In this document: one piece after another, positions 30,321 through 40,601 of the stretch
Layout of the letters: every line of letters starts with the position of its first letter
Position numbering within the stretch: position 1 is the stretch's first letter
Assembly: GCA_965205655.1 (NCBI GenBank)
Contig: CBDBIJ010000022.1
Span: 32,001 to 96,000 of the forward strand
DNA: 64,000 nucleotides
Direction of reading: 5' to 3'
Origin: Candidatus Latescibacterota bacterium
GTDB taxonomy: Bacteria; Latescibacterota; UBA2968; UBA8231
The notes under the pieces: generated by a model
Database searches by the model: none
What the model saw: only the letters and a program-made list of their open reading frames with translations
Told to the model about the DNA's origin: nothing
Made by a program: the position numbers and the translations under genes

Positions 30321-31646
30321 TTACACGGCTTCCGGCCGCCGATCGACGAAGTGCTGAAACTTGTAGCGCCCGTCGTCTCCCACCAGCTGATCCCTTCCCG
30401 TGAACTCGATGCGCGGCGTGATCTCGATGGTCCGGCTCACGCGACTGAGAACGAGCGGCTCGATCGACTCCCTGGCTTCGGGGGCACACGCCACGCGCAC
30501 CACCAGGATGTCCATGGAGAAAGGATCGGCCGGATCCGCCTTGGTCACGATGGACTGGTATTCCTCGACACCCTCGATGTCGCACAGCACCTCGTCGAGG
30601 TTTTCGGGATTAACCAGCAACCCCTTGACCTTGACCATTCGACCATGACGTCGCGGCGGACTGACGAACCGCGGGCCGGTCTTGCCGCAATCGGGACAGG
30701 GATCGACCATCAGCCGTGAAAGATCGCCCGTGGCATAGCGCAGCAGCACGGTCCCGCGCCGGTTGAGATGGCTGATGACGACGAGCCCTTCTTCGCCGTG
30801 CGGCACAGGCTCATGATTTTTCGGATCCACGATCTCCAGATGGAAGAATTCGGGGTAGGGCAAATGAAAGGCTCCCCCTTCCCTGCACTGGTAGGTCGGC
30901 CCCTGCATCTCCGTAAAGCCATAGCCGTTCTGCACTGCCACATCGGTCGCCCCAATCGCCTCGAGGCGCGCTTTGAGGTCTTCGCGAAACGGCTGCGGGC
31001 AGGGCTCGCCCATGGCAAAAACCAGGCGCACGGCGGAAAGATCAGCGCCGATCTCCTGGGCGCATATCACCAGCCTGCGCACGAAGGTGGCGATCCCCCA
31101 CAACACGGTAGTCCCATGGGCCTCGACAAAACGCACGGCCTCCTCGGTGTGGCGTCCCTCGAGCATGGGCTCGTAGCCGCGACCGGGCATGACCGTCACC
31201 ATCCGCGCTCCTGCACCCTGCGCCCCGTACTGGGCACTCAGAAATCCCTGGTGCTGAATCGCCGTGAGGGGAAACAGGTTGGCCACCACGTCGCTCTCGC
31301 CGATCCCGGTCAACTCGGCAAAGCGTTTCATCTGGGCCATGCGGGCGTAGTGGTCGTGGCTCGTGTCGTAGAACGGGGTCGGATGGTCTGTCGATCCGGT
31401 CGTGTAGATGACGTTCCACAGCGAGCGTTCCTGGATCGAGAGGTCGTCGAGATCATCGAGGGCCAGGCGGAACTGCTCGGGGTGCGCCATCCACACCGCC
31501 TTCTCGGTCACGGGAAGGCGAGCCAGGTCCTCGGGCGTATCCAGATCCTTGCGCTGCAGACCCAGTTCCCCGAACACCTTCTGATAGTGGGGATGCGCCC
31601 GAAAGCAAAGATCGATTGTTTTCCGAAAGCCGGTGAGCCGCTCCAC
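30321..31646 (-). CDS. Phenylacetate-CoA ligase (PaaK)-like AMP-dependent ligase
   Basis: YTTGST, YGFTE, LLRYATGD, MVKVKG. Confidence 0.82.
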   Translation of the reverse strand: MERLTGFRKTIDLCFRAHPHYQKVFGELGLQRKDLDTPEDLARLPVTEKAVWMAHPEQFRLALDDLDDLSIQERSLWNVIYTTGSTDHPTPFYDTSHDHYARMAQMKRFAELTGIGESDVVANLFPLTAIQHQGFLSAQYGAQGAGARMVTVMPGRGYEPMLEGRHTEEAVRFVEAHGTTVLWGIATFVRRLVICAQEIGADLSAVRLVFAMGEPCPQPFREDLKARLEAIGATDVAVQNGYGFTEMQGPTYQCREGGAFHLPYPEFFHLEIVDPKNHEPVPHGEEGLVVISHLNRRGTVLLRYATGDLSRLMVDPCPDCGKTGPRFVSPPRRHGRMVKVKGLLVNPENLDEVLCDIEGVEEYQSIVTKADPADPFSMDILVVRVACAPEARESIEPLVLSRVSRTIEITPRIEFTGRDQLVGDDGRYKFQHFVDRRPEAV

Positions 31647-31780
31647 GCTGGACGTTCGCTCCCTTCATCGCCGACATCGCCACCGACGATATCACGATCA
31701 GTCTTTAAAGGCGGCGTTAGCTTCTGTCAAGATGGATCGATTGCACAATCTCGAGAGAGTTGTGAAGGCGCGGGGTCGTC

Positions 31781-33190
31781 TCAGAAGGTCACCCGCACCA
31801 GCTCGACGGGAGGCACCTGGCCCCCCGGGGCCCCGTGTCGGACAAGCACCCCGAGGGTCAGCAGCGTGGTTGGCGTGGGCAGCGAAACGTTCACCGTATT
31901 CGGCGACTGCTCCGCTCTGGACGTCGCGCGCTCCCCCCAGCCCCTCGTCGCCCGCTGCGTGAATCAGACACCCATCGCCGATCCGACCATCGCCGATACC
32001 TTCAACGTTCTGTCGCTGTCGGCGCCGAGCGTGTACATGAGGCCGTTGCCCACGATGCCGCCTGCGTAGGCGCCGACGCTGATCATGCGAGCCCGGCCGA
32101 GGGTATAATTCTCGTCCCCGCTGAAGCGGTATCCGAGTAGGGCCCCCACCGGCAGACCCACCATGGCGGACCCGACGTAGAGCCGCGGATGCTCGCCGTC
32201 GTCCACCAGGTCGATCAGGGTCAGCGCGGCGCTGGCGCCCAGAAACCCGCCGAGCGTGATCAGATGCGCCCTCCCGCGGTTGATCGGCCGATCCCGCACC
32301 AGGCGGGTCGCTACCATCGCCCCGGCGGGCACGCCGGCCATCGCCGACGCCAGGTATACCCGGGCCTCGGCGGAGTTGCTCAGGTTGCTGATGTCGATGG
32401 CGTAGGGGATGGCCACCCCGTAAAGGCTTCCGACCCACATCCCGGTGCTGATCAGATCCGCCTCCCCCTTGCCGATCGACCTCTGCGAGCTGAGTCGGTA
32501 CGCCAGGTAACCGCCGGCCGGGGTCATCGCCATCGACGACAGGGCGTACACCCTGACGCTGTCAACCTCGAACAGGGCCGGAATCCCCAGCCCGTAGAAC
32601 GTGCCCGCATAGTTGCCCCACCGTACCAGCTTCGTGCGTCCGTAACCGAGGCGGTAGTCCTTCGTCGCGTTCAGCGCCCCCGCAAAGGAACCACCGGCGA
32701 CCAGCAGCTCCACACCGGTTGCTGCACGTCCCTTGATGTCGATGAGGACGATCATCCCCGGTCCGTACAGCGCCAGCCCATACAGGAACACATCGGTGAC
32801 CATCCGCAGGCGGCCCTCCTTCTCCGCCTCCGTCGACACATCCTTCCGGGCACCCGCACGGATGGCCGCGTCCTGCGACTCGATCTTGTCTCGCAGCTCC
32901 CCGAGCTCGGTGTCGGATAGAGCGATCTGCTCGACAAACCTATCTTTGTCGCGCCGGTACGAGATCCTCAGCCAGTAATGCTTTCCCTTGCTCACGACCT
33001 CGGCGAGGAGGAAACCTCTGTACTCGGCGAACAGGTCGTATTTTGCCCGTTCCGCCGGGTCAATCTCGTACCCCACCGACTCGGTGATGGCGACGATTCT
33101 CTCCACCATCGGCTGCGCCTCAGAACGAGCGCACATCAGGCAAGAAAACAGGGCGCACCCGATCACCGACGTGCTATGCTTGCGAGTCAT
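31781..33190 (-). pseudogene. Glycine-rich multi-helix membrane protein with in-frame TGA at 31964-31966
   Basis: Signal peptide; repeated Gly-rich hydrophobic helices; in-frame continuation after TGA 'FTQRATRGWGE...VELVRVTF*'. Confidence 0.6.
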
Positions 33191-33268
33191 CTCGACGGCA
33201 CTCCTCTACCTGAATGTCGTCACTTACGCTGAAACCGTCACCTGATGAGCAAAGGAGACCTCTGACAC

Positions 33269-33751
33269 ATGGACTGCCCCCGTTGCCTTGCAACTCTATA
33301 ACGCTGCGCCTGGCCGCACAGGAAGATTTCGAAGGAATCGTTCGCAAAGTCGCCGAAATCGGATACGTCGGAGTTGAGACTGCCGGTTTTCCGGGCACGA
33401 CGGTCGAAGCACTGGGGATCACTCGCATAGTCGCCGGCCTGGGGCCCGATCAGTTTGCGTCGATCGAACAGATCAAGGAATCCTGTGACAAGTTCAACGA
33501 AGCGTCCGCGAACTCTGCAGAAAAGGGCTTTACGTTCGGAATCCACAATCACTGGTGGGAGTTTCAGAAAGTCGAGGGTGACCTCGTTTTGAGGCACATG
33601 CTCGACCATCTGAGTTCGGACATCTTCTTCGAGGTTGACGTTTACTGGGCGCAGACCGTTGGAGCCGATCCGGCCGGCGCCATTGCCGAGCTTGGCGGCC
33701 GAGAAGAGCTTCGCATTCCTGACCGACAAAGGCTACGCGCGCGGTAGATAG
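33269..33751 (+). pseudogene. Sugar phosphate isomerase/epimerase (TIM barrel) relic with internal deletions
   Basis: AAGGAG RBS; VALQLY(T)LR, GYVGVETAG, IHNHWWEF, FEVDVYW and C-tail KSFAFLTDKGYARGR, but only about 160 codons. Confidence 0.8.
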
Positions 33752-33769
33752 GGAGGCTGCAGAGCAGGC

Positions 33770-34999
33770 CTATTCGAGCCGAAAGAAACTGCCCGCCATG
33801 TGTCGCGTGCCGCCGAAGTTGTTGCCGTCATCCTCCATGAAGTAATAGGCCGCGAAGATGCGTCCGTCATCCAGCTGGGTCGCCACCACGTAGCCCAGAT
33901 CCCAGTCGCTGGCGTCACCCCTGACGACGGCTTCGGCTGACCACGTCGCTCCGTCGTCCTCGCTCACTATGACGCCGATCCCTCCCGGAAGTTGCCTGCG
34001 GTCGAACACCACCGCGATCCGACCGTCCCGCAGCAAGAGCGGCCAGCACGAGCGGTAGCGCGGACCTGATTGGGCCCCCGACCAGATCGGCGCCCGGCTC
34101 AGCTTCGCCCACGGCGACTGTCCCCACCCGACCATCGATTTCGGCTCACTCCAGGTGTAGCCGCCGTCGTCGGAGTAGTTCATCTGCAGGCACGTGCGGA
34201 TGCCACCGTTGTTGAGCATGTAGCACTGGAGCCGGCCGGAAGGCAGGAGCAGGAAATCGGCGTACACCGGCCGGCCGTTCCCCGTCGGGTCGCGCGCTAC
34301 TTCACTCACGTAATTCCAGCTGAGGCCATCGTCTTCCGAACCGTAGGCGGCCACCACACTCTGCGGTTCCCCCTTGCCGCCGGCCGCTTTCCCGGAGTTT
34401 CTGTTGTCCGCCGTCACCGGCGTCAACACCGTTCCGTCGGAGAACTTGGCCAGGGGATAGACATCGGCGTGCATGTAGTTGTGTCCGCGCGGCGGCCGCA
34501 GCCGCGTTGGCACCTGCTCCCAGGTGCGGCCGCGATCGCCCGACCGCCAGGCGAAGCATTCCATGGTGGGCTCGCCGTCCTCGTTTTCCACACCCGTCTT
34601 CGGCCGGCCGAAGTAGATCGCCGCGTCGGCGCTGCTCAAATCGATCTCTTCGCGTGCTACCCCTGACTCGTCCGCCTTCCACAGCAACTTGCGGTGCTCC
34701 TCCAGCGGGCGGTTGAAGTCCCACACTACGACGTCGTTCTCGCGCTTCCAGGTCCTCCCGTGGTCGAGCGAGCGCTGCAGCAGTATCTGACAGCGGCTCT
34801 TGTAGCCCAGCGGGTCCCAGCCGTGCCTGATGTCCTCGCGGCTCTCGTAGGTCGACTGCGCGTGATGGTGGAGTACGGCGATCTCGCCATTGCCGAAATT
34901 GTAGATGCCGCACTGCCGCGGGTGGCCGCAGTAGCGGTCCTTGCTGTAGCAGAGCTTGATGTGATGTATATCCGTCAGTTCCGGTACATCGCGCTTCAT
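33770..34999 (-). CDS. BNR/Asp-box sialidase-like protein
   Basis: Five Asp-boxes (SLDHGRTW, SGDRGRTW, SEDDGLSW, SDDGGYTW, SEDDGATW); DLGY. Confidence 0.85.
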   Translation of the reverse strand: MKRDVPELTDIHHIKLCYSKDRYCGHPRQCGIYNFGNGEIAVLHHHAQSTYESREDIRHGWDPLGYKSRCQILLQRSLDHGRTWKRENDVVVWDFNRPLEEHRKLLWKADESGVAREEIDLSSADAAIYFGRPKTGVENEDGEPTMECFAWRSGDRGRTWEQVPTRLRPPRGHNYMHADVYPLAKFSDGTVLTPVTADNRNSGKAAGGKGEPQSVVAAYGSEDDGLSWNYVSEVARDPTGNGRPVYADFLLLPSGRLQCYMLNNGGIRTCLQMNYSDDGGYTWSEPKSMVGWGQSPWAKLSRAPIWSGAQSGPRYRSCWPLLLRDGRIAVVFDRRQLPGGIGVIVSEDDGATWSAEAVVRGDASDWDLGYVVATQLDDGRIFAAYYFMEDDGNNFGGTRHMAGSFFRLE

Positions 35000-35060
35000 T
35001 GATCCATCTCTCCTCTTCGAGCTCAATGCACCGCCGGCTTGAGCCCTTCATGACTGACCA

Positions 35061-35657
35061 CTACTTCTTCTTCGTCAGGACTTGCTCCCCACCCGCATCG
35101 TCGGTGAGGGTCAGCACATCGCCGCTGATGGAATACCGCGTCGTGTTGCTCAGGCTAACGGTAACCGTATTGCCATCTGCGGACCAGAGACCCTCTTCGA
35201 AAACATCCCCCCATAGGTATGTGCCGTCGCTGCTGAACACGAGCCTGTCGCTGTCGCCGTCGACCCAGGTCACACCTGTGAGAGTGGCGGTATCTCCGTC
35301 AGTGGTGAAAGAATAGTCCGGAAGATCGGACCCACCGAGCGTGACCGTTGTAAATTCCAGCTCACCATCTGAGATCTCGTAGCGGTAACTTCCCCCTGGC
35401 AGTATCATGGTTAGCTTATCGCCGTCCACCGACCAGCTGCCTGTCGCCTGTATTCCGGATACGCCCGCTTTCAGGGTGCCATCGTCCTCGAAGGTGAATG
35501 TTATTTCACCTACATCCTCGTCCTGGACGGTCCAGGAGCCGAATAGTTGGTCGTCCAGATTGTCCGCTCCGGGCGCAGTTGGTTTGTCGTCGCCACACCC
35601 GGCCAGAGCGACCGCCCCAGCGCAAAAAGCCGCACCAACTGCGAAGGATCTTCGCAT
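35061..35657 (-). CDS. Lipocalin-like beta-rich lipoprotein
   Basis: Lipobox LAGC; LFGSW, GSWSVDGDKLT, YSISGDVLTLT repeats. Confidence 0.7.
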   Translation of the reverse strand: MRRSFAVGAAFCAGAVALAGCGDDKPTAPGADNLDDQLFGSWTVQDEDVGEITFTFEDDGTLKAGVSGIQATGSWSVDGDKLTMILPGGSYRYEISDGELEFTTVTLGGSDLPDYSFTTDGDTATLTGVTWVDGDSDRLVFSSDGTYLWGDVFEEGLWSADGNTVTVSLSNTTRYSISGDVLTLTDDAGGEQVLTKKK

Positions 35658-35810
35658 GACTGAATCCTCCTTTCTCATCTTAACCTCGGTGCAACAACAC
35701 ATGCCTGCAAAGTCCGCATGCGTCCTACAATACCGGGGTTTTGGCAATCTGTGCCCATTCCCTACCTTCTCGCCTTCACGCGCCTATTTCTTAATTCTTA
35801 ATCGAAACCC

Positions 35811-37999
35811 GTGACCTCCACGACCGACACCGCTGCCGATCGCAGAAAGCTCGGCGCCTTCATCGGCGTCTTCACGCCCTCGATTCTGACCATCCTCGGC
35901 GTCATCATGTACCTGCGCGCCGGTTGGGTAATAGGCAACGCCGGGCTGCTGCCCACCTTTGGCATCGTCGCCCTGGCCAACGCCATCACCTTCGTCACCG
36001 CCCTTTCTATCTCCGCCGTCGCCACCAACATGCGGATCGGCCTGGGCGGTCCCTACTACATCATCTCCCGCAGCCTCGGGCTGGAGATTGGGGGCGCTAT
36101 CGGGCTTCCCCTGTACCTGTCGCAGATCCTCTCTGTGACACTCTACAGCTTCGGGTTTGCGGAATCACTGCGGTTCGTGTGGCCGGAAGTTCCCGTCCAG
36201 CCCGTCGCCGTGGCGACCATCATTGTCGTCACGCTCATCTCGATTCGCGGTGCCGCCCTGGCGCTGAAGCTTCAGCTGCCGATCATGCTCGCTGTCGGTC
36301 TCTCGCTCCTGTCACTGGCGGCAGGAGCTTCCTTCGAGCACAAGGTTCCCGTCTTCTGGAGTGACTACGCCGGCAGCGACGGGTTCTGGGACGTATTCGC
36401 CGTGTTCTTTCCCGCCGTTACCGGTATCATGGCGGGAGTGGCCCTTTCCGGCGACCTGCGCGACCCGCAGAAGGCTATCCCGAGGGGCACACTCGCCGCT
36501 GTCGGGGTAGGCTTCGTCGTTTACCTGGCCGTGCCCGTCATTCTCGCCTTCAATGCCACGCCAGATGCGCTGCTCTCAGACAGCCTCGTCTGGACTGAGG
36601 TCGCGGTGGTGCCCGCCCTGGTCCTGCCCCGGTCTGTGGGGGGCGATCATCTCATCGGCGATGGGCAGCATCCTGGGAGGGCCGCGCACACTTCAAGCCC
36701 TGGCGCAAGACCGAATCGCACCGCGATTCTTCGGACGCCGTCGGCTCAAGACGGGAGAGTCCGCCGTATCCATCGCCGTGTCTGCCGCTATCGCCGTGGC
36801 CGCGGTGCTCCTGGGTGGGCTCAACGCCGTCGCCATGCTGGTGACCATGTTCTTCCTCACCACCTACGGCATGGCGAACCTCGTCGCCGGGCTCGAAAAG
36901 CTCGTCGCCGATCCGTCCTACCGGCCCAGTCTCAAAGTGCCGGGGGCCGTGTCTCTGGCAGGGGCGGTAGCCTGCTTCTGGGTCATGTTCGTCATCAGCG
37001 CTCCGGGATGTGTTATCGCCATTGCCGTCGAGCTGGGGGTGTGGGGATGGCTCAAACGGCGGTGAGTGCGCAGCACCTGGGGCGACATGCGCCGAGGGCT
37101 GTGGATGACGCTGACGCGCTATGCCCTCGTCCAGCTGCGCTCTCTGCCTGAGAACCCGCGCAACTGGCGCCCGCACCTGCTGCTCTTGGCCGGAGATCTG
37201 CAGAAGCGCATCGGCCTGCTCCGCTTTGCCTCGTGGCTCAACCAGGAGCGCGGCATCATGACGGTGTGCAACCTGGTAGTTGCTGACCGCGGCGGCGAAG
37301 AGAATCCGCCGGTACTCGAACAGGAAGAGGAGATGAGCGCCTTCCTCGAAGAGCGCGGCGTCATGGCGTTCAGCGAAGTCAACGTCGTCGACACTTTCGA
37401 GTCGGGCGTCGTGCACCTGGCGCAGGCCAACGGAATCGGCGGCGTGCGTTGCAACACCTTGATGCTCGGGTGGACGGAAGATCCCCAGCGCATGGCCGCC
37501 TACTTCCGTATCATGCGCCGCGTGCGCCAGCTGCGCGGCCTGTCGATCATCATCTGCCGTCTGGAAGCGCGCAGCACCTTCGAGTGGAAGGAGCGGATTG
37601 ATATCTGGTGGAGGGGCAGGCAGTCGAACGGCGACCTCATGCTGATGCTGGCCTATCTGCTGTCTCTCAACCCGGAGTGGGACGGCACCTCGATTACGGT
37701 CAAGAGTGTCGCCAGCAGCGAGACGGCCCGCGACGGGAATCGAGAAGGATCTCGAGAAGCTCATACCGAGATCCCGCATTCCCGCCGAAAGTCAGGTTAT
37801 TCTCAAACCGTCCGATCAGACTGTGGCGCAGGTCATGCACGAACATTCGGCAGAGGCCGAATTGGTATTCATGGGCCTGCTCGAGCCCGACCCCGGCACC
37901 GAAGTCGATTACGCCAAACGCCTGCTGGAGATATCCGAGGGATTCCCCAGCGTCGTACTCGTGCGCAACGCGGGCGAGTTTGTGGGCCAGCTCGTGTGA
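35811..37999 (+). pseudogene. SLC12-like cation-chloride cotransporter (APC family) with two frameshifts and an in-frame TGA
   Basis: GVFTPSILTILGVIMYLR, FAVFFPAVTGIMAG, PRNWRPH, DIWWRG; breaks near 36628, at 37063 (TGA) and near 37735. Confidence 0.85.
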
Positions 38000-38035
38000 G
38001 AGGCGCGTCCTCGCGCGCGTTCAGCCGACGCCCCG

Positions 38036-39178
38036 TCAGCTGGGGTTCCAGACCCTCTCGAATAGATTCAGCCAGTTCCCGCCGAGCAGCTTGACCATAT
38101 CCTCCGCCCCGTACCCCCGCTTCATCAGCGCATCGGCCAGGTTCGGAAACTCCGCCGGACTGTCGATCCCCTTCGGTTGAAAACTGAGCTCGGTGTAACG
38201 CACCGTCGGGTCGGCGAATGTCGATGGGTACTTCGTTCCCTGCTGGGATGTGATATAGTGCCAGAACTCAAGCGGTTGATCGTGCGTCGAATCGGTGCCG
38301 ATGGCCACGTGATCGATGCCGATCCGCTGCACCATGTCGTCGATGGCGTCGACGAAGTCCTCCACTGTCGAATCGAACCCTTTGGGCAGAAAGCTGGCGA
38401 ATGACGTCGCTCCCACGAGGCCGCCTTTTTCGGCCACAAGCCTCAGCGCATCCTCTTCTTTGTTGCGCGGATGGTCGCAGAAGCTGCGCGCGTTGGCATG
38501 CGTAATGGCTACCGGCTGCTCCGACAGTTCGGTCGCATCCATCGTCGTCTTCGGGCCCACGTGCGACAGATCGATCACAATGCCCAGCTGATTCATCTCG
38601 CGCACTGCGTCGACGCCGAAGTTGGTCAGGCCGCAGTCGTTGCGCTCCCAGCAGCCGCTGCCGAGCAGGTTGCACTCGTGGTAGGTCAGCTGAATGACAC
38701 GCACCCCTAGTGTGCTGTCGCAGAGATTACTTTAATAAGTTTGTAGGCCCTGAGGCTGCACGTTCTCTCTGGTAAGCCGACGGGCCAAACCGCTTTGAGG
38801 CTCGATACTAATGCAACAAATTTCCGCGACGCCACACTAGCGTGTGGAATATTCCCAGTCTATCGAGCTCGTTCTCTATCGGGAGGCGTTCTGAAAGCTG
38901 AGAACGATCCCGGTCTTGTCCGCCTGCTTCGCGGTCCGAATATCCGCCGTTTCCTTCACCTGCAGTATGTCACCGCGTTGGCGAAAACGCCGCATCCACA
39001 CCGACAGGTGTGCCATCGTCTGCACGAAATTCTCCCACGTCGCGACTGTGGCACTGATGGCGGTGATGTTGCCGGCCCGCAACCGCTCGAACACGGCGTC
39101 GCTCTCCCAGTTGCTGACGCTCAGTCCATCGATGACGACTGCCTCGTCGTAGATCTTTCTCGCTTCACTCGGCATCAT
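38036..39178 (-). pseudogene. Membrane dipeptidase (M19) interrupted by a MITE and a frameshift
   Basis: VIDGL, SFQNAS(P)IENELDRL, LGVRVIQLTY, IDLSHVG, IGTD, LGGNW. Confidence 0.88.
38707..38840. mobile_element. MITE (~126 bp) with TIRs, flanked by CTAG; IS630-like target
   Basis: tagtgtgctgtcgcagagatt versus reverse complement of the right end tagtgtggcgtcgcggaaatt; CTAG at 38707-38710 and 38837-38840; AT-rich interior. Confidence 0.85.
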
Positions 39179-39380
39179 CTTTACTCCTTGCTACGGAATG
39201 CGCTCGTCCGGGTGGGTGATCGTTATGAGAAGACCGGTCGGAAGGCTTCAATGCGGGCGCTGCAGCAGATATACATCATGTTGCAGGAGTTCTCCTTCTC
39301 GACAAATCGCCGGCCCGGAGCCATACTAAGCGGCCTTATCTCGTATCTCTGACCGCCGATCTCGGCCCGATGGCGAATCC

Positions 39381-40571
39381 ATGAAGATAACATCCGTCAA
39401 AACCTATCCGTTCTCCGTACCGACCGGCCAGGAAACTCGTGATCCTGGAACCGGCGAGTTGATTTGCAGCACTCACAAGAGCTGGCTCTTTCTGAAGCTG
39501 GAAACGGATGCCGGAATCAGCGGCTGGGGCGAAGGCAGCGGCGAGTGGCTCGTAGCGCCCGTCGAGACGCAGCTGCTGGAGCTCGTTCCGCTCTTGCTCG
39601 ACCGGGATCCGACTCAGGTGGAGGTGCTGACCGACGACATTTGCAACTTCGCCCCATGGAAAGGCGGGCCCATTATCGGCACCGCTGTGGCCGCCATCAA
39701 TATGGCGTTGTACGACATTGCCGGTAAGGCCTGGGGCGTGCCCGTGCACACGATTCTTGGCGGCAAGCGCCGCGACCGCATTCAAGTCTACGGCAGCGGC
39801 GGACTCGTCGAAAGCTCGCCGGACGAGGCGGCGGAGACCGCAAAACGGCATATTGCGAAAGGCTACGCCGGCGTTAAGGGCAATCCTCTCGAATCGCGGC
39901 GCGCGCCTATGGATATGGCGGCAATCGATCGCAGCCTCGAGTGTATCGCCGCGGTGCGGGAAGCGATTGGACCCGAGGCGGCGATCCTGCTCGACACCCA
40001 CGGGAGCCCTACCCCTGAACTGAGCATCGAGTTCGCGCGACGCATCGCCCCCTACTCCCCGATGTTTCTCGAAGCACCGGTCAAGGTCGGGTCCGTCGAT
40101 GCCCTCGTGGACGTCACCCGGCGCAGCCCGGTCCCTGTTGCGACAGGTGAGCAGTTGTTTGCCGTCAGGGAATTCGAAGAGCTGATCGAGCGTCGCGCCT
40201 GCGCCTTTCTGCAGCCGGACATCACGCACTGTTTCGGCATCACCGCCTTTCGCGAGATTGCGCAGAGAGCGGGTCGACAGCAGATGCTGATGGCACCGCA
40301 CAATGTGGCGGGCCCGGTTGGAAACGCGGCAGCTTACCATGCGTGTGCGGCCACCCCCAATTTTCTGATTCTGGAAATGAACCCGGCGTATTTCGACAGG
40401 TTCGACACCTATGCCGAACACGACTGGCGCATTGAGGATGGCTACATAAACGTCAGTGACCGCCCGGGCCTGGGGCTCGAAGTGAAGGAAGCGGACATCG
40501 CCAAACTCCCGTTCCAGCCGATGGCGTTCCGTCAGTACCGCCATGCCGACGGCAGCTGGAAGGGGTGGTGA
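39381..40571 (+). CDS. Mandelate racemase family acid-sugar dehydratase (DgoD-like)
   Basis: WLFLKLETDAGISGWGE, LYDIAGKAWGVPV, LDTHG, ATGE, QPD, APHN. Confidence 0.88.
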   Translation: MKITSVKTYPFSVPTGQETRDPGTGELICSTHKSWLFLKLETDAGISGWGEGSGEWLVAPVETQLLELVPLLLDRDPTQVEVLTDDICNFAPWKGGPIIGTAVAAINMALYDIAGKAWGVPVHTILGGKRRDRIQVYGSGGLVESSPDEAAETAKRHIAKGYAGVKGNPLESRRAPMDMAAIDRSLECIAAVREAIGPEAAILLDTHGSPTPELSIEFARRIAPYSPMFLEAPVKVGSVDALVDVTRRSPVPVATGEQLFAVREFEELIERRACAFLQPDITHCFGITAFREIAQRAGRQQMLMAPHNVAGPVGNAAAYHACAATPNFLILEMNPAYFDRFDTYAEHDWRIEDGYINVSDRPGLGLEVKEADIAKLPFQPMAFRQYRHADGSWKGW

Positions 40572-40601
40572 AACAACCACAAACCCGATGGTTTCCCACC
40601 T

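Noticed and set aside
31698..32438. 246-aa ORF as the continuation of the 33190 gene
   Set aside because: Low-complexity alternative frame; the in-frame read past TGA 31964 gives a more plausible C-terminus
24534..37065. Genome-wide stop-codon reassignment or selenocysteine/pyrrolysine use
   Set aside because: TGA and TAG end many intact genes at family-typical C-termini; the positions are not catalytic Cys/Pyl-type sites
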